DNA from: a virus
Lineage: Duplodnaviria; Caudoviricetes
Reading direction: 5' to 3' (one strand)
IMG/VR virus record: IMGVR_UViG_3300025840_004398
DNA length: 64,000 nucleotides
Shown: positions 19,554 through 28,189 of the stretch, piece after piece
How the letters are laid out: each line of letters begins with the position of its first letter
Position numbering within the stretch: the first letter of the stretch is position 1
Program-made: the position numbers and the translations under genes
Notes under the pieces: model-generated
Seen by the model: the letters and a program-made list of their open reading frames with translations, nothing else
Told to the model about the DNA's origin: nothing
The model's database searches: none

Positions 19554-21854
19554 ATGGCAGAAAAAATTGTATCACCTGGTGTATTTACGAGAGAAAATGA
19601 CCTTTCTTTCTTATCACAAGGGATTGGTGAAATAGGAGCAGCAGTAATTGGACCTTTCCATAAAGGACCTGCTTTCGTACCAACCGTTGTTAATACACAA
19701 TCAGAATTCGAAGAAATATTCGGAACACCTGATGGTTCTTACTATACAGGATACACCGTACAAAATTATTTAAGAGAAGCTGGAACTGTAACTATCGTTC
19801 GTGTTGGACACATCGGTGGTTATACTCATGTTGACCCTATTGCTATTAAAGTACAAGAAAGTGGTTCTGGTGCTATTAAAGTAGTAGGTTCTCTTTTCGT
19901 AACTCATAATGGAGATGAGTCGGTAGGTTTACCATCTACTACTCTTTCTGCACAACCAAGTGCATCTGCATTCTCAATTAGTGGTTCGGCTTTAGGAACC
20001 GCAGTATCAGCATCTATCTTACCATCTGCAGCAAATGATTTATCCGATGTATTCGGTGAATCTGCTCGTGGTTCTAAAAATGCTTATGTATACAAGTATT
20101 TTGAAAAAGCAGCAACAGACCAATCTTCTGTTTTAAATGCAGGTGGTCAAATTATTTTAGAAACTTTACCAGACCAAGACTTTGGATATGATATTCAACA
20201 CGCTACAACTCCTTGGATTAAATCTCAGTTGATATCAGGTGAAAGACATGACCTTTTCCGTTTCCATACTTTAGGTGATGGTGGAAACTATAACAAAGAA
20301 TACAAAATTGGTGTATTTAATGTAAAAGCTGCAGGAGAATCTAATGCTACTGATTATGCAACATTCTCTATCGTAGTTCGTGGATACTCTGATATTGATA
20401 AAAGACCAGTTATTCTTGAAACTTGGAATAACTTAAACTTAGACCCAGCTTCACCAAACTACATTAAGAAAAGAATTGGTGATATGAACCTTACTATTGA
20501 TGCAAATGGTAAACAAACTTTAAATGGTGATTATAAAAATAACTCTAAGTTTGTTAGAGTAGAATGTTCTACTGAGGGTTCATTCCCTATCGTTGCAGGA
20601 CCATTTGGACACGCTGAATATCAAAACCCAATTTCAGTTGCAACTGGTTCAGAAGTACCTGCGGTAGTGTTCCAAACAGATTCAGATTCAAATACTGCAT
20701 CTAATGGAACTTCTTATAGTGGTATTGAATTAGAAACTGCAGTAACTAAGATTGATAATTCTCACTATCTATCTCCAATTCCTACAAATGCTGGAACTGG
20801 TTCTAACGTAGTATTTGCATTTGACTCTCAACTGTCTTATGAACTAACAGGTTCGGCAGCGGTAGATGTTAATAAGAGACAATTTATTATAGGATTCCAA
20901 GGTGGATTTGATGGTGTATCACCAACAACTGCAATATCTTTAGGAACTGATATTTCTTCAGGTAACTCACAAGGATTCAGCTTAACAAGTTCAACATCTA
21001 GTGGTTCAGTTGCTTATGTAAAAGCAATTAACGCAGTATCTAACCCAGATGATTTCGATATCAACTTGGTATCTACACCTGGTATTATTAGACAACATCA
21101 CTCTTATGTGTTTGATAAAGTAGTTGATATGGTAGAAGCTAGAGAAGATGCATTCTTCATCGGTGATGTAGTTGATGCATCAGCAACTATTTCAGATGCA
21201 GTTAACCAAGGTTCTAATGTTGATTCTAACTACGTTGGTACTTATTACCCATGGGTTAAAACAATCGATTCAAGAACAAATAAACTAACTTCAGTTCCAC
21301 CATCAGTATTGATGCCAGGAATTTACGCTGAAAACGATGCAGTTGCAGCTGAATGGTTTGCACCAGCAGGTTTAAATAGAGGTGGTATCACAGGAGCAGT
21401 TTCTGTACTAAACAGATTAACACACGCTGAAAGAGATACACTATATGAAGGAAAGATTAACCCAATCGCACAATTCCCTGGTGAAGGTATCGTTGCATTC
21501 GGACAGAAAACTCTACAAGATAGAGCATCTGCTTTAGATAGAATCAACGTAAGAAGATTGTTAATCAAAGTTAAGAAATACATCGCATCTACATCAAGAT
21601 ACCTTGTATTCGAACAAAACACGGCTACAACTCGTTCTAAGTTCTTAAATACAGTAAACCCATATTTGGAATCAATCCAACAAAGACAAGGTTTATATGC
21701 ATTTAGAGTAGTAATGGATGAAACTAATAACACACCAGATGTAATCGACAGAAACATCTTAGCAGGAGCTATTTACTTACAACCTACTAAGACTGCTGAA
21801 TTCATTGTAATTGATTTCAACATTTTACCAACTGGAGCAGCGTTCACGGCTTAA
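19554..21854 (+). CDS. Tail sheath protein (T4 gp18-like)
   Basis: N-terminal SPGVFTRENDLS; C-terminal WFAPAGLNRG, INPI..FPGEGIVAFGQKTL, RINVRRLLI, FEQNTATTR, QPTKTAEFI. Confidence 0.95.
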   Translation: MAEKIVSPGVFTRENDLSFLSQGIGEIGAAVIGPFHKGPAFVPTVVNTQSEFEEIFGTPDGSYYTGYTVQNYLREAGTVTIVRVGHIGGYTHVDPIAIKVQESGSGAIKVVGSLFVTHNGDESVGLPSTTLSAQPSASAFSISGSALGTAVSASILPSAANDLSDVFGESARGSKNAYVYKYFEKAATDQSSVLNAGGQIILETLPDQDFGYDIQHATTPWIKSQLISGERHDLFRFHTLGDGGNYNKEYKIGVFNVKAAGESNATDYATFSIVVRGYSDIDKRPVILETWNNLNLDPASPNYIKKRIGDMNLTIDANGKQTLNGDYKNNSKFVRVECSTEGSFPIVAGPFGHAEYQNPISVATGSEVPAVVFQTDSDSNTASNGTSYSGIELETAVTKIDNSHYLSPIPTNAGTGSNVVFAFDSQLSYELTGSAAVDVNKRQFIIGFQGGFDGVSPTTAISLGTDISSGNSQGFSLTSSTSSGSVAYVKAINAVSNPDDFDINLVSTPGIIRQHHSYVFDKVVDMVEAREDAFFIGDVVDASATISDAVNQGSNVDSNYVGTYYPWVKTIDSRTNKLTSVPPSVLMPGIYAENDAVAAEWFAPAGLNRGGITGAVSVLNRLTHAERDTLYEGKINPIAQFPGEGIVAFGQKTLQDRASALDRINVRRLLIKVKKYIASTSRYLVFEQNTATTRSKFLNTVNPYLESIQQRQGLYAFRVVMDETNNTPDVIDRNILAGAIYLQPTKTAEFIVIDFNILPTGAAFTA

Positions 21855-21874
21855 TAAATAAAAAATAAAAAGAA

Positions 21875-21896
21875 TCTATATTTATAGTAGTATAAA
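21875..21896 (+). promoter_or_regulatory. Putative late promoter; 22-bp sequence TCTATATTTATAGTAGTATAAA identical to 23507-23528
   Basis: Exact duplicate upstream of the tail tube gene and of ORF 23547. Confidence 0.55.
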
Positions 21897-21909
21897 GGAG
21901 AAATAAAAA

Positions 21910-22398
21910 ATGGCAGAAGTATTAGAATTCAACGATATGTTCTACACCAACTTCGAACCGAAGATGAAGAACAGATACATCATGGAAATTGATGGTATCC
22001 AGTCTTATCTTATTAAAACTGCAAATAGACCTTCTATTCAGTTCGAAACTGTAACCTTAGACCATATCAACGTTAAGAGAAAACTCAAAGGTAAAGGTGA
22101 GTGGCAAGATATCGAAATCACTCTATATGACCCAATCGTACCGAGTGGGGCACAACAAGTGATGGAATGGGTAAGAACTTCTCACGAATCTTTAACAGGT
22201 AGAGATGGATATGCAGATTTTTATAAGAAAGATATTCAAATCTATATGTTAGGACCTGTTGGTGATAAAATTGAACAATGGACTCTTAAAGGTGCATTTA
22301 TCAACAACGCAGTATTTAACGATTTAGATTGGGCATCTAATGACCCTTCAGAAATTAGTTTAACACTTTCTTATGATTACGCAATTTTAGAATACTAA
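21910..22398 (+). CDS. Tail tube protein (T4 gp19-like)
   Basis: Follows the sheath gene; NRY.MEIDGI, KLKGKGEWQDIEITLYD, YKKDIQI, EQWTLKGAF, ISLTLSYD. Confidence 0.9.
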   Translation: MAEVLEFNDMFYTNFEPKMKNRYIMEIDGIQSYLIKTANRPSIQFETVTLDHINVKRKLKGKGEWQDIEITLYDPIVPSGAQQVMEWVRTSHESLTGRDGYADFYKKDIQIYMLGPVGDKIEQWTLKGAFINNAVFNDLDWASNDPSEISLTLSYDYAILEY

Positions 22399-22426
22399 TA
22401 CTACAATATACTTTTGATACTTCCAT

Positions 22427-22459
22427 AAAAGGTTCTCTTAGTGAGAACCTTTTTTTTTT
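22427..22459 (+). terminator. Rho-independent terminator
   Basis: AAAAGGTTCTC-TTAGT-GAGAACC followed by T10. Confidence 0.85.
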
Positions 22460-22478
22460 CAACTTTTTTAAACTTATA

Positions 22479-22486
22479 TATTTATA
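22479..22486 (+). promoter_or_regulatory. Putative late-promoter motif TATTTATA
   Basis: Directly after the terminator and upstream of ORF 22509. Confidence 0.5.
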
Positions 22487-22508
22487 TACAAACATTAAAA
22501 CTTAGTTT

Positions 22509-23279
22509 ATGGCAAATAATGATTTTCCAACGGAAGTGATAGAGCTTCCCTCTCAAGGAAAAGTATATCCTGAGGGACACCCGTTATCAAAGGGTACGGT
22601 GGAGATAAAGTATATGACGGCTCGTGAAGAGGATATACTTGCTTCCCAAAATTTGATAAGAAGGGGGGTGGTACTTGATAAGTTGTTCGAATCTGTTGTA
22701 GTAGAAGAAGGTTTAGACATTGGTGATATTTTCATTGGTGATAAAAACGCTATTTTACTTGCAACTCGTGTTCTCGGTTATGGTAAAGACTATCAGGTCG
22801 AGGTAACTGACCCATTCACATTAGAACCCCAAAAAGTAACAATTGATTTATCAAAGGTTCAAACTAAAGATATTGACTTTGATAAACTTAATAAAGAAAA
22901 TAGATACGAATACACACTACCAACATCAGGTAAAAAAGTTGTTCTTAAATTATTAACTCATAAAGATGAGATTGATATTAATGCTGAAATTCAAGCACTA
23001 CAAAGATTAACTGACAAAAAATCAGATGGACCTTCTCAAGACCTCTCAACACGAATGAGATATATGGTTGTTGAAATAGATGGTAATACTGATAGAGGAT
23101 TCATTAACAACTATGTTAAGAATAACTTGTTAGCAAGAGATTCTCGTGCTATTAGAAACTATATTAAAGAAATAAGTCCTGATTTAGATTTAACTTTTAA
23201 CTTTACATCAGAACTGACAGGTGATACGGAGGCACTTGATATACCATTTGGTGCCGGGTTTTTTTACCCTACCGAGTGA
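22509..23279 (+). CDS. Baseplate hub assembly / tail assembly chaperone (T4 gp26-like)
   Basis: PTEVIELPSQGKVYP...IKYMTAREEDIL...IGDKNAILLATR..GYG; lies between the tube and tape measure genes. Confidence 0.7.
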   Translation: MANNDFPTEVIELPSQGKVYPEGHPLSKGTVEIKYMTAREEDILASQNLIRRGVVLDKLFESVVVEEGLDIGDIFIGDKNAILLATRVLGYGKDYQVEVTDPFTLEPQKVTIDLSKVQTKDIDFDKLNKENRYEYTLPTSGKKVVLKLLTHKDEIDINAEIQALQRLTDKKSDGPSQDLSTRMRYMVVEIDGNTDRGFINNYVKNNLLARDSRAIRNYIKEISPDLDLTFNFTSELTGDTEALDIPFGAGFFYPTE

Positions 23280-23487
23280 TTACTCAATCCAACTTCATAA
23301 CCAAATTTGGGAAATGGTTAACTATGGTAATGGATTTACTTGGTCTGAAGTCTATACCATGCCAATTCATTGGAGGAGGTTCTACTATAAAAAGTTAGTA
23401 GATTCTAAGAAGAAAGAAAAAGAGGAGATGGACAAAGTAAACAAAAAATCTTCATCAAAAGGGCCAAATGTAAGAGTGAGGAAATAA
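23221..23487 (+). CDS. Tail chaperone C-terminal extension (gpT-like), probably translated by frameshift from ORF 22509
   Basis: LHNQIWEMVNYGNGFTWSEVYTMPIHWRRFYYKKL resembles the small post-chaperone tail ORFs. It overlaps the upstream ORF across GGG TTT TTT T and has only a weak GTG start. Confidence 0.6.
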   Translation: MIRRHLIYHLVPGFFTLPSDYSIQLHNQIWEMVNYGNGFTWSEVYTMPIHWRRFYYKKLVDSKKKEKEEMDKVNKKSSSKGPNVRVRK

Positions 23488-23502
23488 TTCCTCACTTTTT
23501 TT
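23475..23502 (+). terminator. Rho-independent terminator
   Basis: AGTGAGGAA-ATAA-TTCCTCACT followed by T6; contains the stop codon of the upstream ORF. Confidence 0.8.
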
Positions 23503-23506
23503 GTGC

Positions 23507-23528
23507 TCTATATTTATAGTAGTATAAA
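23507..23528 (+). promoter_or_regulatory. Putative late promoter (copy of 21875-21896)
   Basis: TCTATATTTATAGTAGTATAAA immediately after the terminator, followed by AAGGAG. Confidence 0.55.
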
Positions 23529-23546
23529 AGTATAAAGGAGAAACTC

Positions 23547-23756
23547 ATGTCCAAAGATAAAGTAAACGAAGGATTATTTGGAGCAGCAAAGAAGTTTTCA
23601 GATTCATTCTTTGATGGATTAAAAGCTAATGCTACAAATAGAGCATTGGCCAATGCAAGAAAAAATAAAGATATACCTCCCCCTATTGTTAAAAAGATGG
23701 TTCAAATAGATAAATTGGCAAAAGAACTTGAAGCTGATTTAAAAAAATATTCATAA
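23547..23756 (+). CDS. Hypothetical protein
   Basis: 69-aa ORF with an AAGGAG site, immediately before the tape measure gene. Confidence 0.6.
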   Translation: MSKDKVNEGLFGAAKKFSDSFFDGLKANATNRALANARKNKDIPPPIVKKMVQIDKLAKELEADLKKYS

Positions 23757-23766
23757 GGATTGATAA

Positions 23767-26190
23767 ATGGCTCTTAATGATGATTTAAGAAATATTAAAC
23801 AAGTAGCAACAGCGGCTAAAGAAGAAATAAAGTCGATGCTAAAAGGTCTTGATGCACAAGGTATCGAGGCAAAGAAAATAACGCCAGAATATCAAAAACA
23901 ATTAGAAATACTAAAAGAATCAAACAAAGAAATACAGAATATAAGAGAAAAATACAAACAAAATACAGATGCTTTGATATCACAAGAAGGTAAATTAAAA
24001 AATTTAAGTGGTTTACAAGCTAGTATTGCAAGTACAGAAAGAGCAAGAATAGGATTTCAAAGTACTTTGGGTGCTGAACACCAATCTTTATTCGATACAT
24101 TAACATCTATTTCTGATAAGAACCAAGAACTTCTTGCGTTGTCTCGTGAAGATGTTATATCTCGTTCCTTACTTACAGAAGAAATTAGAAGTATGTTAGA
24201 TGAACTCCAAGATGTTGGTGGGGTTAATCAAGGAATACTTGATACTATGGAAGAACAATTCCAAATTGCAAATGGTATATCAAGTATGTCTCAAAAACAA
24301 CAAGGATTCCTAAATAAACAATTGGGTGTTTATGATGGTATTAAAGATACCATTGGTGGTATATTAGAAACCGCAAGTTTACTAACAAGTACGTTAGGAG
24401 GTGCAGTAGGTGGTGTACTCATAGGGTTGGGTATTGGTCTGAATAAAATAATGGGAGTTAATAAAGAATTGGGATACTCAGTAGACCAATTAAATGCAGC
24501 ATCAACTGAAGCTGGATTACTTTCTTTCTTTATATCTGATGCTGGTGCCAATCTTAAAACATTACAAGATGAGTTTGGAGGAACAAAGAACTTATCAGCT
24601 GGTGTTCAAACGGATGTTGCCTTGTTATCTTTATATGCAGGTGCAAGTGGACAACAAATAGCTAAACTTACAGGTACGTTTGCAAGATTAAATGGTAGTT
24701 CAACTGCGGTAGCAATGGATATGATTGAAACTACTCGTCAGTTAGCTTACCAAAGAGGAGTTGCTCCTGGTCAGGTTTTACAAGATATGGCTGATGCAGC
24801 CGAGGAAACTGCAACATTCTCAAAAGGAACTGGTAGAAACTTAATGGAAGCGGCGGTAGCTGCAAGACAATTGGGTATTTCACTACAAACCGCTGGTGGT
24901 GTAGCAAATAACTTATTAGACTTTGAGTCATCTATAACAAAAGAATTAGAATTATCAGCTATGTTAGGTAAAAGTATTAACCTTAACAGAGCAAGAGGTT
25001 TGGCTTATGCTGGTAAAACAACTCAAGCGGTTCAAGAAGCAGTAAAACAATTGGGTGGATATAATGCATTTGTTGCTATGGACCCAATAATGAGAAAACA
25101 AACCGCTGATTTACTTGGTGTTTCTGTATCTGAATTAGAAAAGATGGCAAACAATCAAGGAAGAATTTCAGAAGGAACATCTTATACTCAACAAGCGTTT
25201 GATAAAATATCAGGATTAGCTAAAGCAGTTGGTAATAGTGTTGGTGATATGGCTATCGCTGCTGGTGGATTTGTAATGTCTCTTGGACAGGCAGTTATTC
25301 AATATAAAACATTGAAAGCACTACAAAATGCACCAACTACTGGTGGAGGTCTTACCAATATGGTTCAATCTAAATCAGGTAAGATGTTTGACGTTAATTC
25401 ACCACAAGGAAGAATGATTGCAACAAAAGGAGGAACACAATCCTTACCACAAACATCAGGACCTGGTAATATAACCCAACAAACAAGTAATGCTGGTAGA
25501 AACATGAGTAATATTCTCAAAGGAGCAGCGGCAATGTTAATAGTTGCGGCGTCTTTATTCGTTCTTGGTAAAGCATTACAAGAATTTAGTGATATTGGTA
25601 AAGAACAAATGATTGCAGCTGGTGTTGGTTTGTTAGGATTAGTAGGTTCAGTAGCTCTAATGGGAGCACTTCTATCAGGTCCACAAGCAGCGGCAGTATT
25701 AGTAGGTGCGGCAGCTATGTTAGTTGTTGCTTCTTCAATTTACGTTCTTGGTAAAGCAATACAAGAAATGGCAACTGGTTTCAATATGTTAAGTGGAATT
25801 GGAGAAAATCTAACTCCTTTAATTGGAATGATACCTGGTATAATTGGTTTAGCTGCGGCATTTGGTGCACTTGGATATGGATTGGCTGCACTTGGAGCTA
25901 TGGGAATGGTATCAATTCCTGTATTGTTAGCACTTGGAGCAGTTGGTGGTGGTATAGCCGCACTAGCTAGTTCATTTGGTGGTGGTAATAAAGAAGAAGG
26001 TGGTGAGGATTCTCTTTCGTATTATCAAACAACAATGTTAGATAAAATGGGAGAACTAATTAATTCAGTAAAAAATATAGATACAGATGTTTATATAAAC
26101 GGAAGTTTAGTAACCGATAATGTAACTAAAAACCAACAAGCAAGTTATAAAAACTTAGCTGGTAGAGGTGTAGTATTTGGAGGAAGTTAA
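23767..26190 (+). CDS. Tape measure protein
   Basis: 807 aa, helical and Ala/Gly-rich, repeated hydrophobic segments (MLIVAASLFVLGKALQEF / MLVVASSIYVLGKAIQEM); position in the tail operon. Confidence 0.8.
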   Translation: MALNDDLRNIKQVATAAKEEIKSMLKGLDAQGIEAKKITPEYQKQLEILKESNKEIQNIREKYKQNTDALISQEGKLKNLSGLQASIASTERARIGFQSTLGAEHQSLFDTLTSISDKNQELLALSREDVISRSLLTEEIRSMLDELQDVGGVNQGILDTMEEQFQIANGISSMSQKQQGFLNKQLGVYDGIKDTIGGILETASLLTSTLGGAVGGVLIGLGIGLNKIMGVNKELGYSVDQLNAASTEAGLLSFFISDAGANLKTLQDEFGGTKNLSAGVQTDVALLSLYAGASGQQIAKLTGTFARLNGSSTAVAMDMIETTRQLAYQRGVAPGQVLQDMADAAEETATFSKGTGRNLMEAAVAARQLGISLQTAGGVANNLLDFESSITKELELSAMLGKSINLNRARGLAYAGKTTQAVQEAVKQLGGYNAFVAMDPIMRKQTADLLGVSVSELEKMANNQGRISEGTSYTQQAFDKISGLAKAVGNSVGDMAIAAGGFVMSLGQAVIQYKTLKALQNAPTTGGGLTNMVQSKSGKMFDVNSPQGRMIATKGGTQSLPQTSGPGNITQQTSNAGRNMSNILKGAAAMLIVAASLFVLGKALQEFSDIGKEQMIAAGVGLLGLVGSVALMGALLSGPQAAAVLVGAAAMLVVASSIYVLGKAIQEMATGFNMLSGIGENLTPLIGMIPGIIGLAAAFGALGYGLAALGAMGMVSIPVLLALGAVGGGIAALASSFGGGNKEEGGEDSLSYYQTTMLDKMGELINSVKNIDTDVYINGSLVTDNVTKNQQASYKNLAGRGVVFGGS

Positions 26191-26191
26191 T

Positions 26192-27883
26192 ATGGGAAAA
26201 ACATTATTAGAACTTTTTGAAAATAAAGATTCCTTCAAATATGGAACTGTTTACTCTGAAGTAAAAGAAGAAAAAGAAACTCGCTTTGAACAAGAAACAA
26301 GTGGTCTCAGACCTTCATCTGCGGTAGAAATTGGCAATCCTTTGATTTATGGTACAGATACCATTAGAATTACCACAAGAACTACTGATATGTTGGATAC
26401 CATAAAAAATGATAGAGGTAGACAAGGTATTGCTGGTTTAGCTTCTGGTGCGATTGCTAAAGCAAAACAAAAAGCAAATAACTTAACTGCTAAATTACTT
26501 GGTTTTCCTGCACCAAACAATCCATCTAATATTATAGCTATTGGTAAAAATAGTGGTCCTTTTTTACCTGGTGTTGGATTTACTCCAACCCCACCTTATG
26601 TATTTGAAAACTCAACTTCATTAAATCCAGCAATAATTGGACTAAAAGCAAGAAGTGCATTTACTGGTATTCCTTATGGGCCTGGTAATGAGCAAGATAC
26701 AATGTATAATCTTGCTAAGATAAAAGATAAATATGGTGGAACTGAAATAGGAAAATTACTCAAAGCTTCTTTAGGTGGAAATCCATCAACTGTTGGTAAA
26801 GAATTGGCTGGTAATGCAATTCAACTTGCCAAAGATAAATTAAGAGATGCTATATTTGGTGGTGGTGATTTAAAAGCACCACAAACTGCCAAAAGAGATA
26901 TGGATGCTTATGGTTCTGGTGAGAAAAGATATTCATATGTAAGAGGTAAAACTCAAGATGGTACTCAAAGAACAGATGGTGCAATTAAAGCAGATGATTT
27001 CTTAGACCAAAATCCTTTATTAAAATCAGTATCACCAATTTATGGTGTAGAGAGAAAAGGACCTCCTATAAAAACTCCAACAAGTCCACAAGATGGTCAT
27101 TTTGGAAAATCTGAATATGGATTAAAAACTTTTTCATCTAAACCAGCATCACAATATTCACCTGTTGATGGGGAAAATTATACTGCAAAAGCTAAAGATG
27201 ATGAAAAGAAAACAATCTATGGTTGGTATGGGATTGACAACAAAAACGATTGGTTGGCTGATGTAAGAAGTGATGACGAATACAAATTAGATAAAGACAA
27301 AGCTTTCCCATCTAAAGATGGAAATGAAACTGCGGCTCTTTTAAGTGATTTTATACCTGTATGGATTAAAAGAAGAGGTAGTGAATATCCTATATTTTTC
27401 AGAGCTACCATTACTGGTTTAAATGAGACAGTTTCACCAACATGGAACTCACAGAACTTTGCTGGTAACCCTTATAATTTTTACACATTTCAAACTATTG
27501 AAAGAAGTACTTCATTCAATTTAAAAGTTTTTTGTATGAATAAGAATGAACTTATTTCTATGTGGGATAAGATTTCATCTTTAACTAAATTGGCATATCC
27601 ATCTATTGGAGCACAATATGCAAACTCACCTTTAATACAATTTAGAATAGGTGATATATATAATAATAAAACAGGATTTATAGAATCACTTCAATATACA
27701 ATGCCTGATGAGGGAACTTGGGAAACAGATGGTGACCAAGGTTATCTTCCAAAAATAGTAGATATTGCATTAACTATTAAATTTGTAGAAAACATTGGTG
27801 CAGAAGATAAACCATACGGAATTAAGATAAAAAGAAGAGAAGAAAAACCATTAGATGTTTCAACTTCAGATGCAATAGTATAA
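26192..27883 (+). CDS. Baseplate / tube-initiator protein (gp48/gp54-like C-terminal domain)
   Basis: Start moved to ATG 26192 (GGAGG upstream). C-terminal FFRATITGLNETVSPTW...YTFQTIERSTSFNLKV...LTKLAYP has a tube-like fold signature. Confidence 0.55.
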   Translation: MGKTLLELFENKDSFKYGTVYSEVKEEKETRFEQETSGLRPSSAVEIGNPLIYGTDTIRITTRTTDMLDTIKNDRGRQGIAGLASGAIAKAKQKANNLTAKLLGFPAPNNPSNIIAIGKNSGPFLPGVGFTPTPPYVFENSTSLNPAIIGLKARSAFTGIPYGPGNEQDTMYNLAKIKDKYGGTEIGKLLKASLGGNPSTVGKELAGNAIQLAKDKLRDAIFGGGDLKAPQTAKRDMDAYGSGEKRYSYVRGKTQDGTQRTDGAIKADDFLDQNPLLKSVSPIYGVERKGPPIKTPTSPQDGHFGKSEYGLKTFSSKPASQYSPVDGENYTAKAKDDEKKTIYGWYGIDNKNDWLADVRSDDEYKLDKDKAFPSKDGNETAALLSDFIPVWIKRRGSEYPIFFRATITGLNETVSPTWNSQNFAGNPYNFYTFQTIERSTSFNLKVFCMNKNELISMWDKISSLTKLAYPSIGAQYANSPLIQFRIGDIYNNKTGFIESLQYTMPDEGTWETDGDQGYLPKIVDIALTIKFVENIGAEDKPYGIKIKRREEKPLDVSTSDAIV

Positions 27884-27895
27884 GGATAATAAGAT

Positions 27896-28186
27896 ATGGC
27901 TGGTAGATACGATAATAATTTTGAAAAAAAACTTAAAGATGGTAGAATGGTCTATAAATCTAAAATTTATCCATCAATACCTAAATCCGATGAGGATATT
28001 TATGTAGTAATTCAGGGTGGAGATAGATTAGATACACTTGCACATCAATACTATGAAGATTCTTCTTTATGGTGGATTATCGCTAGTGCTAATAACATCC
28101 ATGACCCATCATTTACAGTTAAAGAAGGTACTATTCTAAGAATTCCGACAGACCAATTTTCTATAATAAATAATTTTAATCAGTAA
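27896..28186 (+). CDS. LysM-domain baseplate wedge protein (P2 gpX / gp53-like)
   Basis: GDRLDTLAHQYYEDSSLWWIIASAN...GTILRIP. Confidence 0.85.
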   Translation: MAGRYDNNFEKKLKDGRMVYKSKIYPSIPKSDEDIYVVIQGGDRLDTLAHQYYEDSSLWWIIASANNIHDPSFTVKEGTILRIPTDQFSIINNFNQ

Positions 28187-28189
28187 GTT

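Noticed and set aside
23221-23223. GTG at 23221 as the real start of the post-chaperone ORF
   Set aside because: No SD-like or AT-rich leader, and the first residues look like shadow of the upstream ORF. A frameshift is favoured but not proven.
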